Source: an uncultured Candidatus Peribacteria bacterium (GTDB lineage Bacteria > Patescibacteriota > Gracilibacteria > RBG-16-42-10). Taken from it: a stretch of 56,079 nucleotides of DNA. Position 1 is the first letter of the stretch. Each line of letters starts with the position of its first letter. Under the pieces are notes generated by a model. It worked only from the letters and a program-made list of their open reading frames with translations, did no database searches and had not been told where the DNA came from. Shown piece by piece: positions 18,279-28,416 of this stretch. Position numbers and translations under genes: made by a program. The stretch spans positions 496,001 to 552,079 of the forward strand of contig CAZERA010000001.1 in assembly GCA_964514565.1 (NCBI GenBank), written 5' to 3'.

Positions 18279-19359
18279 TACTAGCTAGTACTTGTTGATA
18301 CGTTGATTCATCTAAGTCAGGATTTTTAGCAAAAGCAAAATATCGAGTCTGACCGTCTTTGGCGCGCAGGTCAGTGACAATGTGTTTAATATTTCTCCAA
18401 CTTGGTTGATCGGAAAAAGTAGCCACATTTGCTTTCTTTTCAATCTCATAACGTTTAGTAGTATAAGCACCTTGTCCTACTTGGAGGTCTTTAGTACTGA
18501 GGACATTGACTGTAGTGAGTGTTTGAAACTGGTCAGCATCAAAAAATGAAATGTACATTTGTGATCGGCTGCGTGCTGTGTCTGTGCCACTTAGTGAAAA
18601 TAAATTGAGCGCTTTCCGGGATGGAATATATTCAGCTTCCCATCCTTTTGGAATAGAGAGTGTGAGTGGAAAGTCTTTTGCGCCAATATCATTACTATTA
18701 AAAAGGCGCTCAGGGTGATCGATTACTACTTGATGTTGAGTGAAAAAATCTTGGGGATTGAGCCATTTACTAACTGATTCAGCGGTAGTTTCATAGCCAT
18801 TGAGACGCGCATCGTTGCCTGCATACAGTCCAAAGTGCAGATGCTTCCTTTCACCATCTGTTTCGGTACTGAATCCTTTGCCTAGATCGGCTAGAAACTG
18901 ACCAGCTTTCACTTGATCACCGACTTTGACCGCTGCTGATTGCAAAGCAATGTGGCCATAAAGACTATGGATAGTTTTGCCATCGATAGTATGTTTGATT
19001 CTGATAAATCCACCGTAGCCGGAGACGAATTGGACGACTTCTACTTGGCCATCAGCTATCGCTTTGACTGGTACATCAGCATCAGTGTCGGTGAATTCAA
19101 TGTCGTCTGCCACATGGTAACCAGTGAAGCGATCTTGAATATATTCACCAAATACTTTTAGTGTTTTTCGTTTTCCATATTGCTCGATTGGTAAGACAAT
19201 TGAGTGGGTTTGTGCTGGAGGAGTAGTAATCGTGGAGGATGGTACAGTTGCAGGAGTTGTGGTGGTATTAAGACTAATGTCAGCCGAGGTAGTGGGTTCA
19301 GCAGTAGTACAGCTAGTCAGGATGCTTAAGCTGCAAAGAAGCAAAGCAATAGTTTTCAT
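18265..19359 (-). CDS. M23 family metallopeptidase lipoprotein with PsbP-like C-terminal domain
   Basis: Lipobox ILTSC. YHVADD (HxxxD), PVKAIADGQV, GYGGFIRIKH, SLYGH, VKVGDQVKAGQ and HLHFG (HxH). Confidence 0.9.
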   Translation of the reverse strand: MKTIALLLCSLSILTSCTTAEPTTSADISLNTTTTPATVPSSTITTPPAQTHSIVLPIEQYGKRKTLKVFGEYIQDRFTGYHVADDIEFTDTDADVPVKAIADGQVEVVQFVSGYGGFIRIKHTIDGKTIHSLYGHIALQSAAVKVGDQVKAGQFLADLGKGFSTETDGERKHLHFGLYAGNDARLNGYETTAESVSKWLNPQDFFTQHQVVIDHPERLFNSNDIGAKDFPLTLSIPKGWEAEYIPSRKALNLFSLSGTDTARSRSQMYISFFDADQFQTLTTVNVLSTKDLQVGQGAYTTKRYEIEKKANVATFSDQPSWRNIKHIVTDLRAKDGQTRYFAFAKNPDLDESTYQQVLASIKLN

Positions 19360-19507
19360 AAGCTGTGGGTTTAAAGACCATTACACCTTATCACCGCACG
19401 GGCATTGAAGAAACTAATCTGGCATAGTCACTTCTGACAGAAGTGCTTTAATTGTTATTTGGCTGCCAATTGGTTATAATAAAGTGTAATAATTATAACT
19501 TTTGTCT

Positions 19508-21421
19508 ATGTTGGAGCATCGTCGTGGTGATGAGGGCAGTACTGAGAACATCCGTGCATTTCCATTACGACCGGCTGAGGAGGTTGGTCAGCAGGCCTTA
19601 CAGATTAAACAATATATTGATGGTGAGAAAAAGCCTCTGGAACTTACTCATGATGAATTGAGCTCTCTTCAAACATTTGAAGCTGGTTTGAATCAAGAAT
19701 TGTATCCAGTATCAAAGCTAAATATTAAGTTTCAATTACTTTATCTAGATCACTTTTTGACTCCTGCCGGGGCTACTATGCTGGCTGCAGATTTTCCTGG
19801 TGAGGTAATTCCTACTGACATCGCAGGATTGAAACAATTCTTTTATGCCAAGCGAGCATTTTTTAATGGCAAAGATGCAGCCAAGATCAAACAGAAATAC
19901 GAGTCAGAAAGTTTGAAGGCTTCTACTGCACAACTCAGTAAGAGCCTGTTGCCAGCTGATAGTACGACCGGTCATTTGGATGTCGTAGCTGCTCAAGCAC
20001 CTCAAATTATGAGTGTGATTCTCAATACAGATGTATTACGAAAAAAATGGGAAAACCTTCGTCAACTTCGTAAAAAGATTAGAACAATTGAAGACGAACT
20101 AGTTGCTTCAACAGATAGCGATAATTTACGCACAGCTAAAAAAGAAGTGATCTTGATGTATCGTCATCGTATCAATGAAATTTTGATGCAATTGTATGGT
20201 GATTTGTACTTGCTCAAAAGCAAAGAAGAAGTGGTCGGTACTGAAGGTTTGAATCCAGACGAAGTAGCTTTGACTGAGGGAATCAAAGGGTACAAAAATT
20301 TGGAGCGTAGCTTGAGTTTGTTGGACAAGATGTTGCGTGGAGTTGGTGAGATGGAAGGTGAAGAGGGAAAGGCTAGTTATACTCAGGTCAGCAACAGCAC
20401 CAGAGCAGCTGCCACAGCAATTATCAATACTTTGCGTCCATTTGTGGAAGATACCAAAGATGCTGCAATGCGTGAAAAAGGAATCGATCCTAAAAAGGTA
20501 AATAATAAGGATCAATACATCACGCCAGCTGAGCGTAAAGTATTTGGGGATACCGTTCTGGCCCATTATGGTTTGCTAAGTGAGGTTCCTGCTGGTCCTG
20601 AAAGTTTGGAAAGAAGCGGTCCAGCTGAAGATGGTAATTGGCAATTTGTAACTGGTACTACTGGTGCCATGGCTGTGGATCCTACCAAACGTATAGTGCG
20701 TGATGCATCTCAAAGTCGTAGCGTTGATGAAGCTTTGGCTGTGGGGACGGCTCATGAAGTTGAGGGGCATGCTTTACAAGCAGTGAATCGCCAAGCGATA
20801 CCATTAAAAATCATGGATGGTGTGAATGCTGATCGTCGCACTGTGCTGGCAGAAAGTGGGGCAGTAAGCAACGAAAAGCAGATGAACAAAGCGATGTTTG
20901 GTTTTGATCGTTATTCCACTGGTATTGATTCTATTCCTGGTCTAGAGGCTAGATTACAGGGCAAGAGTTATTTGGAATGTGTAGATGTGATCTATGAAAG
21001 TAAGATGAAAAATGTGCGAGAAAAGTATGACCTCACTCAACCTGACCAAAGGGCAGCTTTTATGCTAGTAGCTCGCAAGACTTTGGATGGTGTGATTGAG
21101 AGAACCAAGCGTCTGTTCCGTAGTACCGATACCAAGTTTATTGGTTTTGATCGTACTGCAAAATACATCACCAATAGCCAAGAGGCTGCTTATACAGAGC
21201 AAGAGATTGTATTTGATAAGCTCAAAGAATTGGGGCTAGAAAAATTAGCTTATTTGGGACTGAATCTCCGTACTGCCTTGTCATTACTGAAACTGGGCTT
21301 GCTTGATTTGGATAAGATCAAGACTCCAGAATTCAAGACGCTAGAGCTTTGGGAAAAAGGCGGAGTGGCACCAAATGGTGAAATAATTGCGCCAGTAAAA
21401 GATAAGTACAAGCTGGATTAA
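19508..21421 (+). CDS. DUF1704/MATCAP-like HExxxH metallopeptidase
   Basis: AHEVEGHALQAVN followed about 20 aa later by LAESGA (compare HE...H....N ... EEGLA of DUF1704). ATG 19508 preferred over TTG 19502. Confidence 0.65.
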   Translation: MLEHRRGDEGSTENIRAFPLRPAEEVGQQALQIKQYIDGEKKPLELTHDELSSLQTFEAGLNQELYPVSKLNIKFQLLYLDHFLTPAGATMLAADFPGEVIPTDIAGLKQFFYAKRAFFNGKDAAKIKQKYESESLKASTAQLSKSLLPADSTTGHLDVVAAQAPQIMSVILNTDVLRKKWENLRQLRKKIRTIEDELVASTDSDNLRTAKKEVILMYRHRINEILMQLYGDLYLLKSKEEVVGTEGLNPDEVALTEGIKGYKNLERSLSLLDKMLRGVGEMEGEEGKASYTQVSNSTRAAATAIINTLRPFVEDTKDAAMREKGIDPKKVNNKDQYITPAERKVFGDTVLAHYGLLSEVPAGPESLERSGPAEDGNWQFVTGTTGAMAVDPTKRIVRDASQSRSVDEALAVGTAHEVEGHALQAVNRQAIPLKIMDGVNADRRTVLAESGAVSNEKQMNKAMFGFDRYSTGIDSIPGLEARLQGKSYLECVDVIYESKMKNVREKYDLTQPDQRAAFMLVARKTLDGVIERTKRLFRSTDTKFIGFDRTAKYITNSQEAAYTEQEIVFDKLKELGLEKLAYLGLNLRTALSLLKLGLLDLDKIKTPEFKTLELWEKGGVAPNGEIIAPVKDKYKLD

Positions 21422-21457
21422 GCTGCCTAAGCTCCGAGTTTAGATTTAGCAAAAGTT

Positions 21458-21497
21458 GGCCAAGGATCTGGTCCCGCGTCTGCGGGACTCTTCTTGG
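21458..21497. repeat. GC-rich palindrome (CCCGC-N4-GCGGG family) in a longer hairpin
   Basis: GTCCCGC-gtct-GCGGGAC at 21471-21488, flanked by gccaagga and tcttggc arms. Confidence 0.65.
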
Positions 21498-21545
21498 CTC
21501 TTTGGCCTGAGTTTGTTATTTTGATGGTACCTAAAAACAAAACTG

Positions 21546-23297
21546 ATGTGGATGGTAATTAAAGCAGCATTACGAGCAGTCCCCAAGTATAAAGGCAGTG
21601 TTGCTTTGTATTGTTTGTTGAGTCTTGTTTTGATTGGTTTTGGAGTATATCAACCATATCTGTATAAACAAGCAATCGATGGCCTGATTTTTATTTTGAG
21701 CCCCGCAAATAGTGGGCATGAGAGTAATACTTTGATGTGGATTTTGCTTTGGTTTGGTGTGAGTTATGTCACGAATATTTTCACCACTGTTAAAGACTGG
21801 ATCTTTTGGCATCAGTTTTCCAATCCTAGTTTCATTGATTACCTGCATGATGGATATGAACGATTACTCAATTTTCAGTACGATTTTTTTGTCCAGAAGA
21901 AGTCCGGGGAAGTAATGAAAATACTAGATGATGGAGTAGAAGCATACAGTTCATTGATCAATACTATATTTCAACAACTACTTATTCCTATCCTTTCGTT
22001 TTTTGTTCTCTTGGTCTTCGCTTGGTCTCAAAGTAAAGAATTGACCCTTACTTGTTTGGCAATTGTCCCTATTCAAGCTGTCTGGTCGTACTTTACTTAC
22101 AAGAAAACGTCACCTCATTCTAAGAAGGCCAGTGAGGGATGGCACAAACTATTTGGCAATATTGCTGATGTTATCAACAACATCATGACGACCAAATCAT
22201 TTCACCAAGAAAAGAAAGAGCTAAAAAAAGCAGATATCGCTAGTGATCAAGCAATGGCCTATGCTTCAAAGAGTGAAGCTACCTGGTTGGTTTTTGATAT
22301 GCTTGATCTCAATACCATAGCTCAAGCAGCAGTAATTTTGATTGGTTACTTCTTGATCAAGAATGGTCAAATCAGCGTGGGTACATTGTTGATGTTTACT
22401 ACTATCCTCAATCAACTACTTTTGCCAGTGCGACTAATTAAGAGCAATATTAAACACATTCAAACTAATATTATTCGTTATCAAAAGTTCCAGAAGATGC
22501 TCAAGGATGCACCTGTGGTTCCTTTGGCAACTAAAGGTCACACCCAATCAAAAACTGAAGGGATTATATCACTAAGAAATGTCAGCTTTGCTTATGGCAA
22601 TAAGCGCAAGGTATTGAATAGCATCAATCTCGATATTTTACCTGGAGAGAAAGTGGCATTTGTGGGACACTCTGGGGCTGGTAAGTCGACAATAGCTCTA
22701 CTACTGATGCGTTTTTACGATGTAACAAAAGGAAGTATTTCTCTCGATGGAGTTGATTTGAGGAAATGGGACTATGATAATCTGCGCTCTCATTTCGGTG
22801 TGGTCTGGCAAGAAAACATTTTGTTCCATGACACTGTTTTGAATAATATTCGTTATAGCAAACCTCAAGCTAAAAAAGAGACAGTAATTGTAGCTGCTAA
22901 ACAGGCTCATGCGCATGACTATATCGAAAAGTTTCCCAAAGGATATGAGTCCATAGTGGGGGATAGAGGAATTCGTCTATCGGGTGGAGAAAAACAGCGA
23001 GTGGCTATTGCCCGTGCTTTAATTAAAAATCCCCGGATTGTGATCCTTGATGAAGCCACTAGTGCCCTGGATAGTATCACTGAGAAAGAAGTACAAAAAG
23101 GAATTCAGAATTTGATCGCTGATCGTACTGCTATTATCATTGCTCATAGGCTTTCTACAGTGCAACACTGTGACAAAATCGTAGTAATGGATCAGGGTAA
23201 AATTATAGCAGTTGGTAAACATGCAGAGCTACTCAAGACCAATAAGCAATATAAAGAAATGGTGACTTTACAGACGAACGGTTTCTTTCCTGCTTAG
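21546..23297 (+). CDS. ABC exporter, fused permease/ATPase (MsbA/MdlB-like)
   Basis: N-terminal TM domain, Walker A GHSGAGKS, LSGGEKQR signature, ILDEATSALD and IAHRLST. Confidence 0.95.
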   Translation: MWMVIKAALRAVPKYKGSVALYCLLSLVLIGFGVYQPYLYKQAIDGLIFILSPANSGHESNTLMWILLWFGVSYVTNIFTTVKDWIFWHQFSNPSFIDYLHDGYERLLNFQYDFFVQKKSGEVMKILDDGVEAYSSLINTIFQQLLIPILSFFVLLVFAWSQSKELTLTCLAIVPIQAVWSYFTYKKTSPHSKKASEGWHKLFGNIADVINNIMTTKSFHQEKKELKKADIASDQAMAYASKSEATWLVFDMLDLNTIAQAAVILIGYFLIKNGQISVGTLLMFTTILNQLLLPVRLIKSNIKHIQTNIIRYQKFQKMLKDAPVVPLATKGHTQSKTEGIISLRNVSFAYGNKRKVLNSINLDILPGEKVAFVGHSGAGKSTIALLLMRFYDVTKGSISLDGVDLRKWDYDNLRSHFGVVWQENILFHDTVLNNIRYSKPQAKKETVIVAAKQAHAHDYIEKFPKGYESIVGDRGIRLSGGEKQRVAIARALIKNPRIVILDEATSALDSITEKEVQKGIQNLIADRTAIIIAHRLSTVQHCDKIVVMDQGKIIAVGKHAELLKTNKQYKEMVTLQTNGFFPA

Positions 23298-23415
23298 TTC
23301 AGTGGCGCCTTTTATATTGTGTTTGATCAAGGTGATTGAAGTAAACGTGACCAGGGATATGAATGATTCATTCACTGATTGAGAGAGCGAATTTCTTCTG
23401 TGTTTGATAATTTCC

Positions 23416-23444
23416 TTGCAATAATGACCTATCTTTCATATATT
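23416..23444 (+). promoter_or_regulatory. sigma70 promoter for the tRNA pair
   Basis: TTGCAA-N17-TATATT followed by a GC-rich discriminator-like stretch just before tRNA-Met. Confidence 0.65.
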
Positions 23445-23457
23445 AGGGGCGCTCCGA

Positions 23458-23534
23458 GGCAGGATAGCTCAGTTGGTTAGAGCGCGGGACTCATAAGCCT
23501 GAGGTCGACGGTTCAAATCCGTCTCCTGCTACCA
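23458..23534 (+). tRNA. tRNA-Met(CAT), probably elongator
   Basis: 77-nt cloverleaf: acceptor GGCAGGA/TCCTGCT, D arm GCTC/GAGC, loop CTCATAA, T arm GACGG-TTCAAAT-CCGTC, encoded CCA. The paired 1-72 position argues against initiator. Ile2 cannot be fully excluded. Confidence 0.93.
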
Positions 23535-23619
23535 ATATTTCGCCATTGCGATTCAAAGGATCAGAGCAAGCATGAGGTAGAAGTTCTTATACTTATTCTC
23601 ATACTTCACCAAGTGTCGC

Positions 23620-23695
23620 GCCCTTGTAGCTCAGTTGGTAGAGCACGTCCATGGTAAGGACGGGGTCACCAGTTCAAATCTGGTCAAGGGCTCCA
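23620..23695 (+). tRNA. tRNA-Thr(GGT)
   Basis: 76-nt cloverleaf: GCCCTTG/CAAGGGC, anticodon arm CGTCC-ATGGTAA-GGACG, T arm ACCAG-TTCAAAT-CTGGT, encoded CCA. Confidence 0.96.
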
Positions 23696-23729
23696 CGAGT
23701 CCCCCCGCGTATGCGGGCGGCGAGTCTTT

Positions 23730-23804
23730 TTCCTATTTCCTTGCTCCTTTTGCTCGACACCCAGTCATATGGACTCGAAGGAAAGAGGAACGAGGAAATA
23801 GGAA
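23730..23804. terminator. long imperfect inverted repeat built from 7-bp units, possible bidirectional terminator
   Basis: ttcctat ttccttg ctccttt ... gaaagaggaacgaggaaataggaa, between the tRNAs and the convergent gene, with a T-run shortly after. Confidence 0.55.
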
Positions 23805-23814
23805 TTAAGTTTTT

Positions 23815-24630
23815 TTATTGCATGTGATCTATATCCATTGCTGATGGTGTGCCTGTTTGGTTTACTTGGAAAGTGATTGGGAAGGTGAGTATGTAGTCTT
23901 GAGACTTGATTTGGAGGAATCCTGTATAAGTGCCAGCTTCTGGGAACGTGGTCATGAAGTCTAGTTTGCCGTCTTTGGGGATCTCGATATCGATGGGGTG
24001 GGTGTGGAGGAAGGTTTCTGATTTGGTGTGTTCTAGAATGATGAAGTGGCCTGCTGATCCTAGGTATGGTTGGAGATCAGAAAAGGGTTTGCCGTCTTTC
24101 GTGAGTTGGATGGAAAGATTGTTTGAGTTGGCAGGGGCGAGAGTTAACTGCGCAGTGATGTTAGCGTTTGTGAATTTAAGATCTGGTGTGAGCGGAGGAT
24201 ACTGAATAGTGTCGTTTACTGCTCCGACCGTTATTTCTGTACTTGCTACCTGTTCTGCTTTGTCTTTGATTTTGTAGTCGGCATATACTTCATAGGTGCC
24301 TGGTGTTTTGATGGTTGGGTTTACACTCCAAAACTGATCCCCAGTATCTGGATGCAGATGTTGAAATTCACTGAGGTCATTTTTGACGATGATCACATGC
24401 AACTTTTTAGTATGTGTTTCCACTAGGTCTTGGTCAAAGATATAACTTCCATCTGGATTTCTGAGCAGGAATTTGAGATTGATAACGCCTGTCTCAGAGA
24501 AACGGCTACTTTCTAAAACTAATTGTGGTTTACTTGTGGCTGTAGGTGTCGGATCGGTGCTGCAAGCGTTGAGGACCAATGTGCTAGTGATCAAGGTCAG
24601 GGAGAGTAGCGCTGCTGTATAATTTTTCAT
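23815..24630 (-). CDS. His-motif (probable copper/heavy-metal-binding) lipoprotein
   Basis: Start MKNYTAALL, lipobox LNAC. Two Ig-like repeats with HTKKLHVIIV..DLSEFQHLHP and GHFIIL......FLHTHP. Confidence 0.75.
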   Translation of the reverse strand: MKNYTAALLSLTLITSTLVLNACSTDPTPTATSKPQLVLESSRFSETGVINLKFLLRNPDGSYIFDQDLVETHTKKLHVIIVKNDLSEFQHLHPDTGDQFWSVNPTIKTPGTYEVYADYKIKDKAEQVASTEITVGAVNDTIQYPPLTPDLKFTNANITAQLTLAPANSNNLSIQLTKDGKPFSDLQPYLGSAGHFIILEHTKSETFLHTHPIDIEIPKDGKLDFMTTFPEAGTYTGFLQIKSQDYILTFPITFQVNQTGTPSAMDIDHMQ

Positions 24631-24740
24631 AAATAGTGACATAATTGCTAATAGGAACTTCTCACAGATAAAAAGTCTCTGTCAATAATGCAATTTGGTG
24701 GTGCTTAAACTATAGTGCTCATGACTTTCACTTATTTCTC

Positions 24741-25352
24741 ATGAAGAACGCTATTATTGGACTTTTGATCGGTATCATAATCGTTGGCGCTGGCTATGCT
24801 GGTTATCAATATATCTATCCCGAACCTGAATGGATGACCGTCGCTCCTCCTCGTGATGATAGTCATGATTTCCATGTCCATGCTGACTTTGCTGTCTATA
24901 TCAATGGTCAGAAATTTGATTTTACTCAACCCCAATACATGACTAGTACCAATGTCTGTCATGCTGAATTCCAATCCAAGCATCTCCATATGCATGATAT
25001 GAATGGTGACGTGGTCCATAGTCATGAAGATGGTCAACACTGGTCACAATTTTTCGACACGATTGGTTTCAAAATGACTGACACGAGTATCACTACCGAT
25101 GATGGCAAAGAATATAAGAATGATGGGAATAAGAAATGGCACTTTCTCATCAATGGCCAAGAGGTTTCCACTATTGCTGACCACGCCTTTGTTGATCTAG
25201 ATCGTGTACTGTTTAGCTACGGTGATATCACTCCCCAGGTCCTCAAAACTGAGATGGATGCTGTCACCAGTAAATCATGTATTTACTCCAAGAAGTGTCC
25301 AGTACCAGAAGGTGTCGTATTGCCTCCTGAAAACTGCAGTAGCGATATCTAA
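24741..25352 (+). CDS. membrane-anchored His-rich protein (probable metal binding)
   Basis: N-terminal TM helix, HDFHVHADF, HLHMHDMNGDVVHSHE and a C-terminal Cys cluster. Confidence 0.75.
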   Translation: MKNAIIGLLIGIIIVGAGYAGYQYIYPEPEWMTVAPPRDDSHDFHVHADFAVYINGQKFDFTQPQYMTSTNVCHAEFQSKHLHMHDMNGDVVHSHEDGQHWSQFFDTIGFKMTDTSITTDDGKEYKNDGNKKWHFLINGQEVSTIADHAFVDLDRVLFSYGDITPQVLKTEMDAVTSKSCIYSKKCPVPEGVVLPPENCSSDI

Positions 25353-25399
25353 AGGTGAGAGGTATAGTAACAGTTACTTAGCCCCTTACTTCTATTCTT

Positions 25400-26191
25400 A
25401 TGAAAAAACTACTGATGAGTCTTGGTGTTGTTTTAGTGATCGGAGTCGTGGCTGTGACTAGTATATTTGTCGTTCGTAGCTATAGATTTGCCAATATCAA
25501 GGCGGTAGATTTACCTCCTGATACAGATTTTACGCAACTTACTCAGACAGCTTCACCAGTGGCTACTGTTTCTACTAAAGCATCAACCAAACCCGTCGCT
25601 ACTGCTACTTCAGTCACGACGCCATCTGCACTCAATCTCAAAGCGCCTTTTTATGCACAAGCTCCTCTTGGTAATTGGGATTATCCTTGGCAAGAAGCAT
25701 GCGAAGAAGCTTCAGTACTTTTAGCAGCCAATGAATACTTTGGTCATCAGTGGACTGCAGACCAATTCAACCAACAGATTTTGCAAATAGTGGATTGGGA
25801 GAATAAAACTTTTGGTGACTACAAGCATACCACTATGGCTCAGACCAGTAAGATGCTTAATGAATACTTAAAACTGGACACCAAGATTCATGAGAATCCT
25901 GATTTGAGTACTATCAAACAAATATTAGCTGATGGGCATTTTATTATCTTGCCCTTTGCTGGCAAAGAAGTAGGCAATCCTTACTACAACAATGGCGGTC
26001 CTACCTACCATGTGATTTTAGCCAAAGGGTATACTGCTGACGATGAATTGATTACTCATGATGTAGGCACGAAGCATGGCGAAAACTATGTCTATGATTG
26101 GAGTACTATCGATGCTGCAATGCATGACTTCAATGACCCCATTGATGGTGGGGCAAAAAGAATTATTGAAGTATTTCCTCCCCAATCATAA
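25400..26191 (+). CDS. C39-like (papain-fold) cysteine peptidase, membrane anchored
   Basis: QAPLGNW...WQEACEEAS (catalytic Cys), YHVILAKGY (His) and ITHDVGT (Asp). Confidence 0.85.
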   Translation: MKKLLMSLGVVLVIGVVAVTSIFVVRSYRFANIKAVDLPPDTDFTQLTQTASPVATVSTKASTKPVATATSVTTPSALNLKAPFYAQAPLGNWDYPWQEACEEASVLLAANEYFGHQWTADQFNQQILQIVDWENKTFGDYKHTTMAQTSKMLNEYLKLDTKIHENPDLSTIKQILADGHFIILPFAGKEVGNPYYNNGGPTYHVILAKGYTADDELITHDVGTKHGENYVYDWSTIDAAMHDFNDPIDGGAKRIIEVFPPQS

Positions 26192-26193
26192 GT

Positions 26194-27468
26194 ATGCTTA
26201 GTCAGATCAGTAAGAAAATTACCTTTTCATCATTGGTCCAATATGCAGGCAAAGTAGTGCAGATTCTGCTCTCTACTATCAGTCTCAAATTGGTATCAGG
26301 ATTCTTGAGCCAGCATGACTACGGCATCTACGCCACTATTACTGAGTACTGTTTGTTCCTTTCAGCTGCAGCCAATCTCGGTCTCTTTGCTAATATTGTG
26401 AGACGTATGGCTGATAAGCCTCGAGATGGTGGGATATTTCTCAACGCGCTTTTTATCCGGTTACTTTCAGCCATTACTATTTTTGTCATTGGTGTGCTGT
26501 ATTTAGGTATCAGTGGTGCAAGTGATATTATCTTGATTGGTAGTTTGGCTTTCTTGAGTAGTTTGTTCTTGGACTATGTCACATCAATTTGTGATGCAGT
26601 TTTGCAGGTGCAGTATCGGATGGGGCAGGCGATGGTTGCTTTGATTCTGGGGCGTTTTGCTAATGTGATCGCCCTTTGGTACTTCACCACTCATTATATT
26701 TCAGGTGTTGGTAGTATCTTTCCCTTGTTGGTAATAACTATTGGTGGCGCCTTGGTCACTGCTTTGGTCAGTGTGGTTTTTGTGATTAGGAAATTAGATT
26801 GGCATTGGCATTTGAGTACCAAACTCATGGGACAGATTTTGTGGGTGAGTGTACCTTTTGGTTTGATTAATATCATCAACAATCTCTACTTCCGTTTCTT
26901 ACCAGATTATTTTGCCAACCGCGTTTTGACTGAAGCTCAGTTTGCTACTTTTGCTTTGTCCTTTCGGATCATGCAAGTATTAGCCTTGGCATCAACATTC
27001 ATCATGTTTTCTGCTTTGCCCGCTTTGACTGCCATGATCGACGAGAAAAAGTTTGCTCAGGCTTATGCTCTGTATCGCAAGATTAGCCGAGTATTGATTG
27101 GTGGAGGACTAGCTTTGGTAGTATTGGGTAGTTTGTTGGGACCTACGCTCCTGACTTTTGTGACGCATCAAAAGTATGTCCTACCCGAGCTATGGTTTGT
27201 GTTTCCGATGATGTTGGTCTTGGCTGCAATTTCGTATGGCTATGATGTGACTTTAATTACGCTCTTCGCGCTTGGCAAAGAGCGCTGGTGGTTGGCTAGA
27301 GAATGTTTAGTTCTGGTAGTGGCGCTTTTATTATTTGGTCTAACTTATTTATTCAAAGATAGCCTCACTGATCTGTGGATTATTGTGGGCACAGCAGTGA
27401 TAGCAGAAGCTTTGATTGTATTTCTGGGAATCAGGAAAGTGACTAGAGAATTTAGAGCAAGGATTTAG
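26194..27468 (+). CDS. oligosaccharide flippase (Wzx/MOP family)
   Basis: About 12 TM helices. LS..DYGIYA....Y.......ANLGL...IVR pattern. Confidence 0.85.
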   Translation: MLSQISKKITFSSLVQYAGKVVQILLSTISLKLVSGFLSQHDYGIYATITEYCLFLSAAANLGLFANIVRRMADKPRDGGIFLNALFIRLLSAITIFVIGVLYLGISGASDIILIGSLAFLSSLFLDYVTSICDAVLQVQYRMGQAMVALILGRFANVIALWYFTTHYISGVGSIFPLLVITIGGALVTALVSVVFVIRKLDWHWHLSTKLMGQILWVSVPFGLINIINNLYFRFLPDYFANRVLTEAQFATFALSFRIMQVLALASTFIMFSALPALTAMIDEKKFAQAYALYRKISRVLIGGGLALVVLGSLLGPTLLTFVTHQKYVLPELWFVFPMMLVLAAISYGYDVTLITLFALGKERWWLARECLVLVVALLLFGLTYLFKDSLTDLWIIVGTAVIAEALIVFLGIRKVTREFRARI

Positions 27469-27476
27469 AAACTACG

Positions 27477-28391
27477 TTATTTCTTTTTTGTTTCAAATCT
27501 CTCTAGTGCTGCAACTAAAATAGGTGGCAATGCTGAGCGTGAAATATTTAGTTTTGCTAGTGCTATTGTTAAGTCATTTGCTGCCTTGGGACCAACTAAT
27601 GTTCTAGTCAAAACTTCTGCGTCTGGATGGGTGATTGGTGGCAGTCTTAGCAGTGCTCGCAATTCTACTACTGGTGAGATTGTGTCTGGATTAGTAATAT
27701 CTGCCCCGCTTAAAGATGCTAATAGGTGCAATGCTTTCTCTGCTTTACTTAGTGGCACTTCTACGGACTTTGATTGAACAACTGGTTTAATTGCAGCTGC
27801 AACAAATGTTGTGCTGGAAACTACTCGATCACTATGGTTAGCTACAGGTAATCCTTTTGATGTCTCTACTACAACAGGAGCTAGGGCGACCTGAATTGGG
27901 TCAGCCTCCCTTAGCCAAGCTGGAATATCTTTTGGTGCAATACCTGATTGGGCTTCTAATGCCGTAACTATTTCTTTTCTGGTGCTACTTGCAGCTACTT
28001 TCAATGCAGGAGCTAAAAGTTTAGTGATAGCTGTTCTAGCCTCAGTTGTTTTTGCTTCCCATGCCCGATCCAACAATGCAATTAAATCTGCTTCTCCGTT
28101 CGGGGCTTTTAGAGATTCAAGAGGTTCGGCAGCAACATCAATAATAACGAGTGGTTTTGCTGATTGCGTGACGTTGGATGGGCCAGATCTCAATTCTCTT
28201 GGCAATAATGGGCTTACTCTATGTGGCACAATATTTCCTGGCACTTCTAGAACTGCAACTACAGATGATCTTTCAGTTTCAATGCTTTGTTTTGCACGAC
28301 CGCGGGCAGCTGCTTCGGCTACTTCTCGTGTCGCTGCTAAAGCTGCTAAATCAGGTTTGCCTTTTTCTATAAAATCGTGACCATTGCACAT
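27477..28391 (-). CDS. hypothetical Ala-rich protein
   Basis: 304-aa ORF with no recognisable motif. Confidence 0.65.
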   Translation of the reverse strand: MCNGHDFIEKGKPDLAALAATREVAEAAARGRAKQSIETERSSVVAVLEVPGNIVPHRVSPLLPRELRSGPSNVTQSAKPLVIIDVAAEPLESLKAPNGEADLIALLDRAWEAKTTEARTAITKLLAPALKVAASSTRKEIVTALEAQSGIAPKDIPAWLREADPIQVALAPVVVETSKGLPVANHSDRVVSSTTFVAAAIKPVVQSKSVEVPLSKAEKALHLLASLSGADITNPDTISPVVELRALLRLPPITHPDAEVLTRTLVGPKAANDLTIALAKLNISRSALPPILVAALERFETKKK

Positions 28392-28416
28392 AAGTATTTT
28401 TTAGTAAGCTAAAGTA

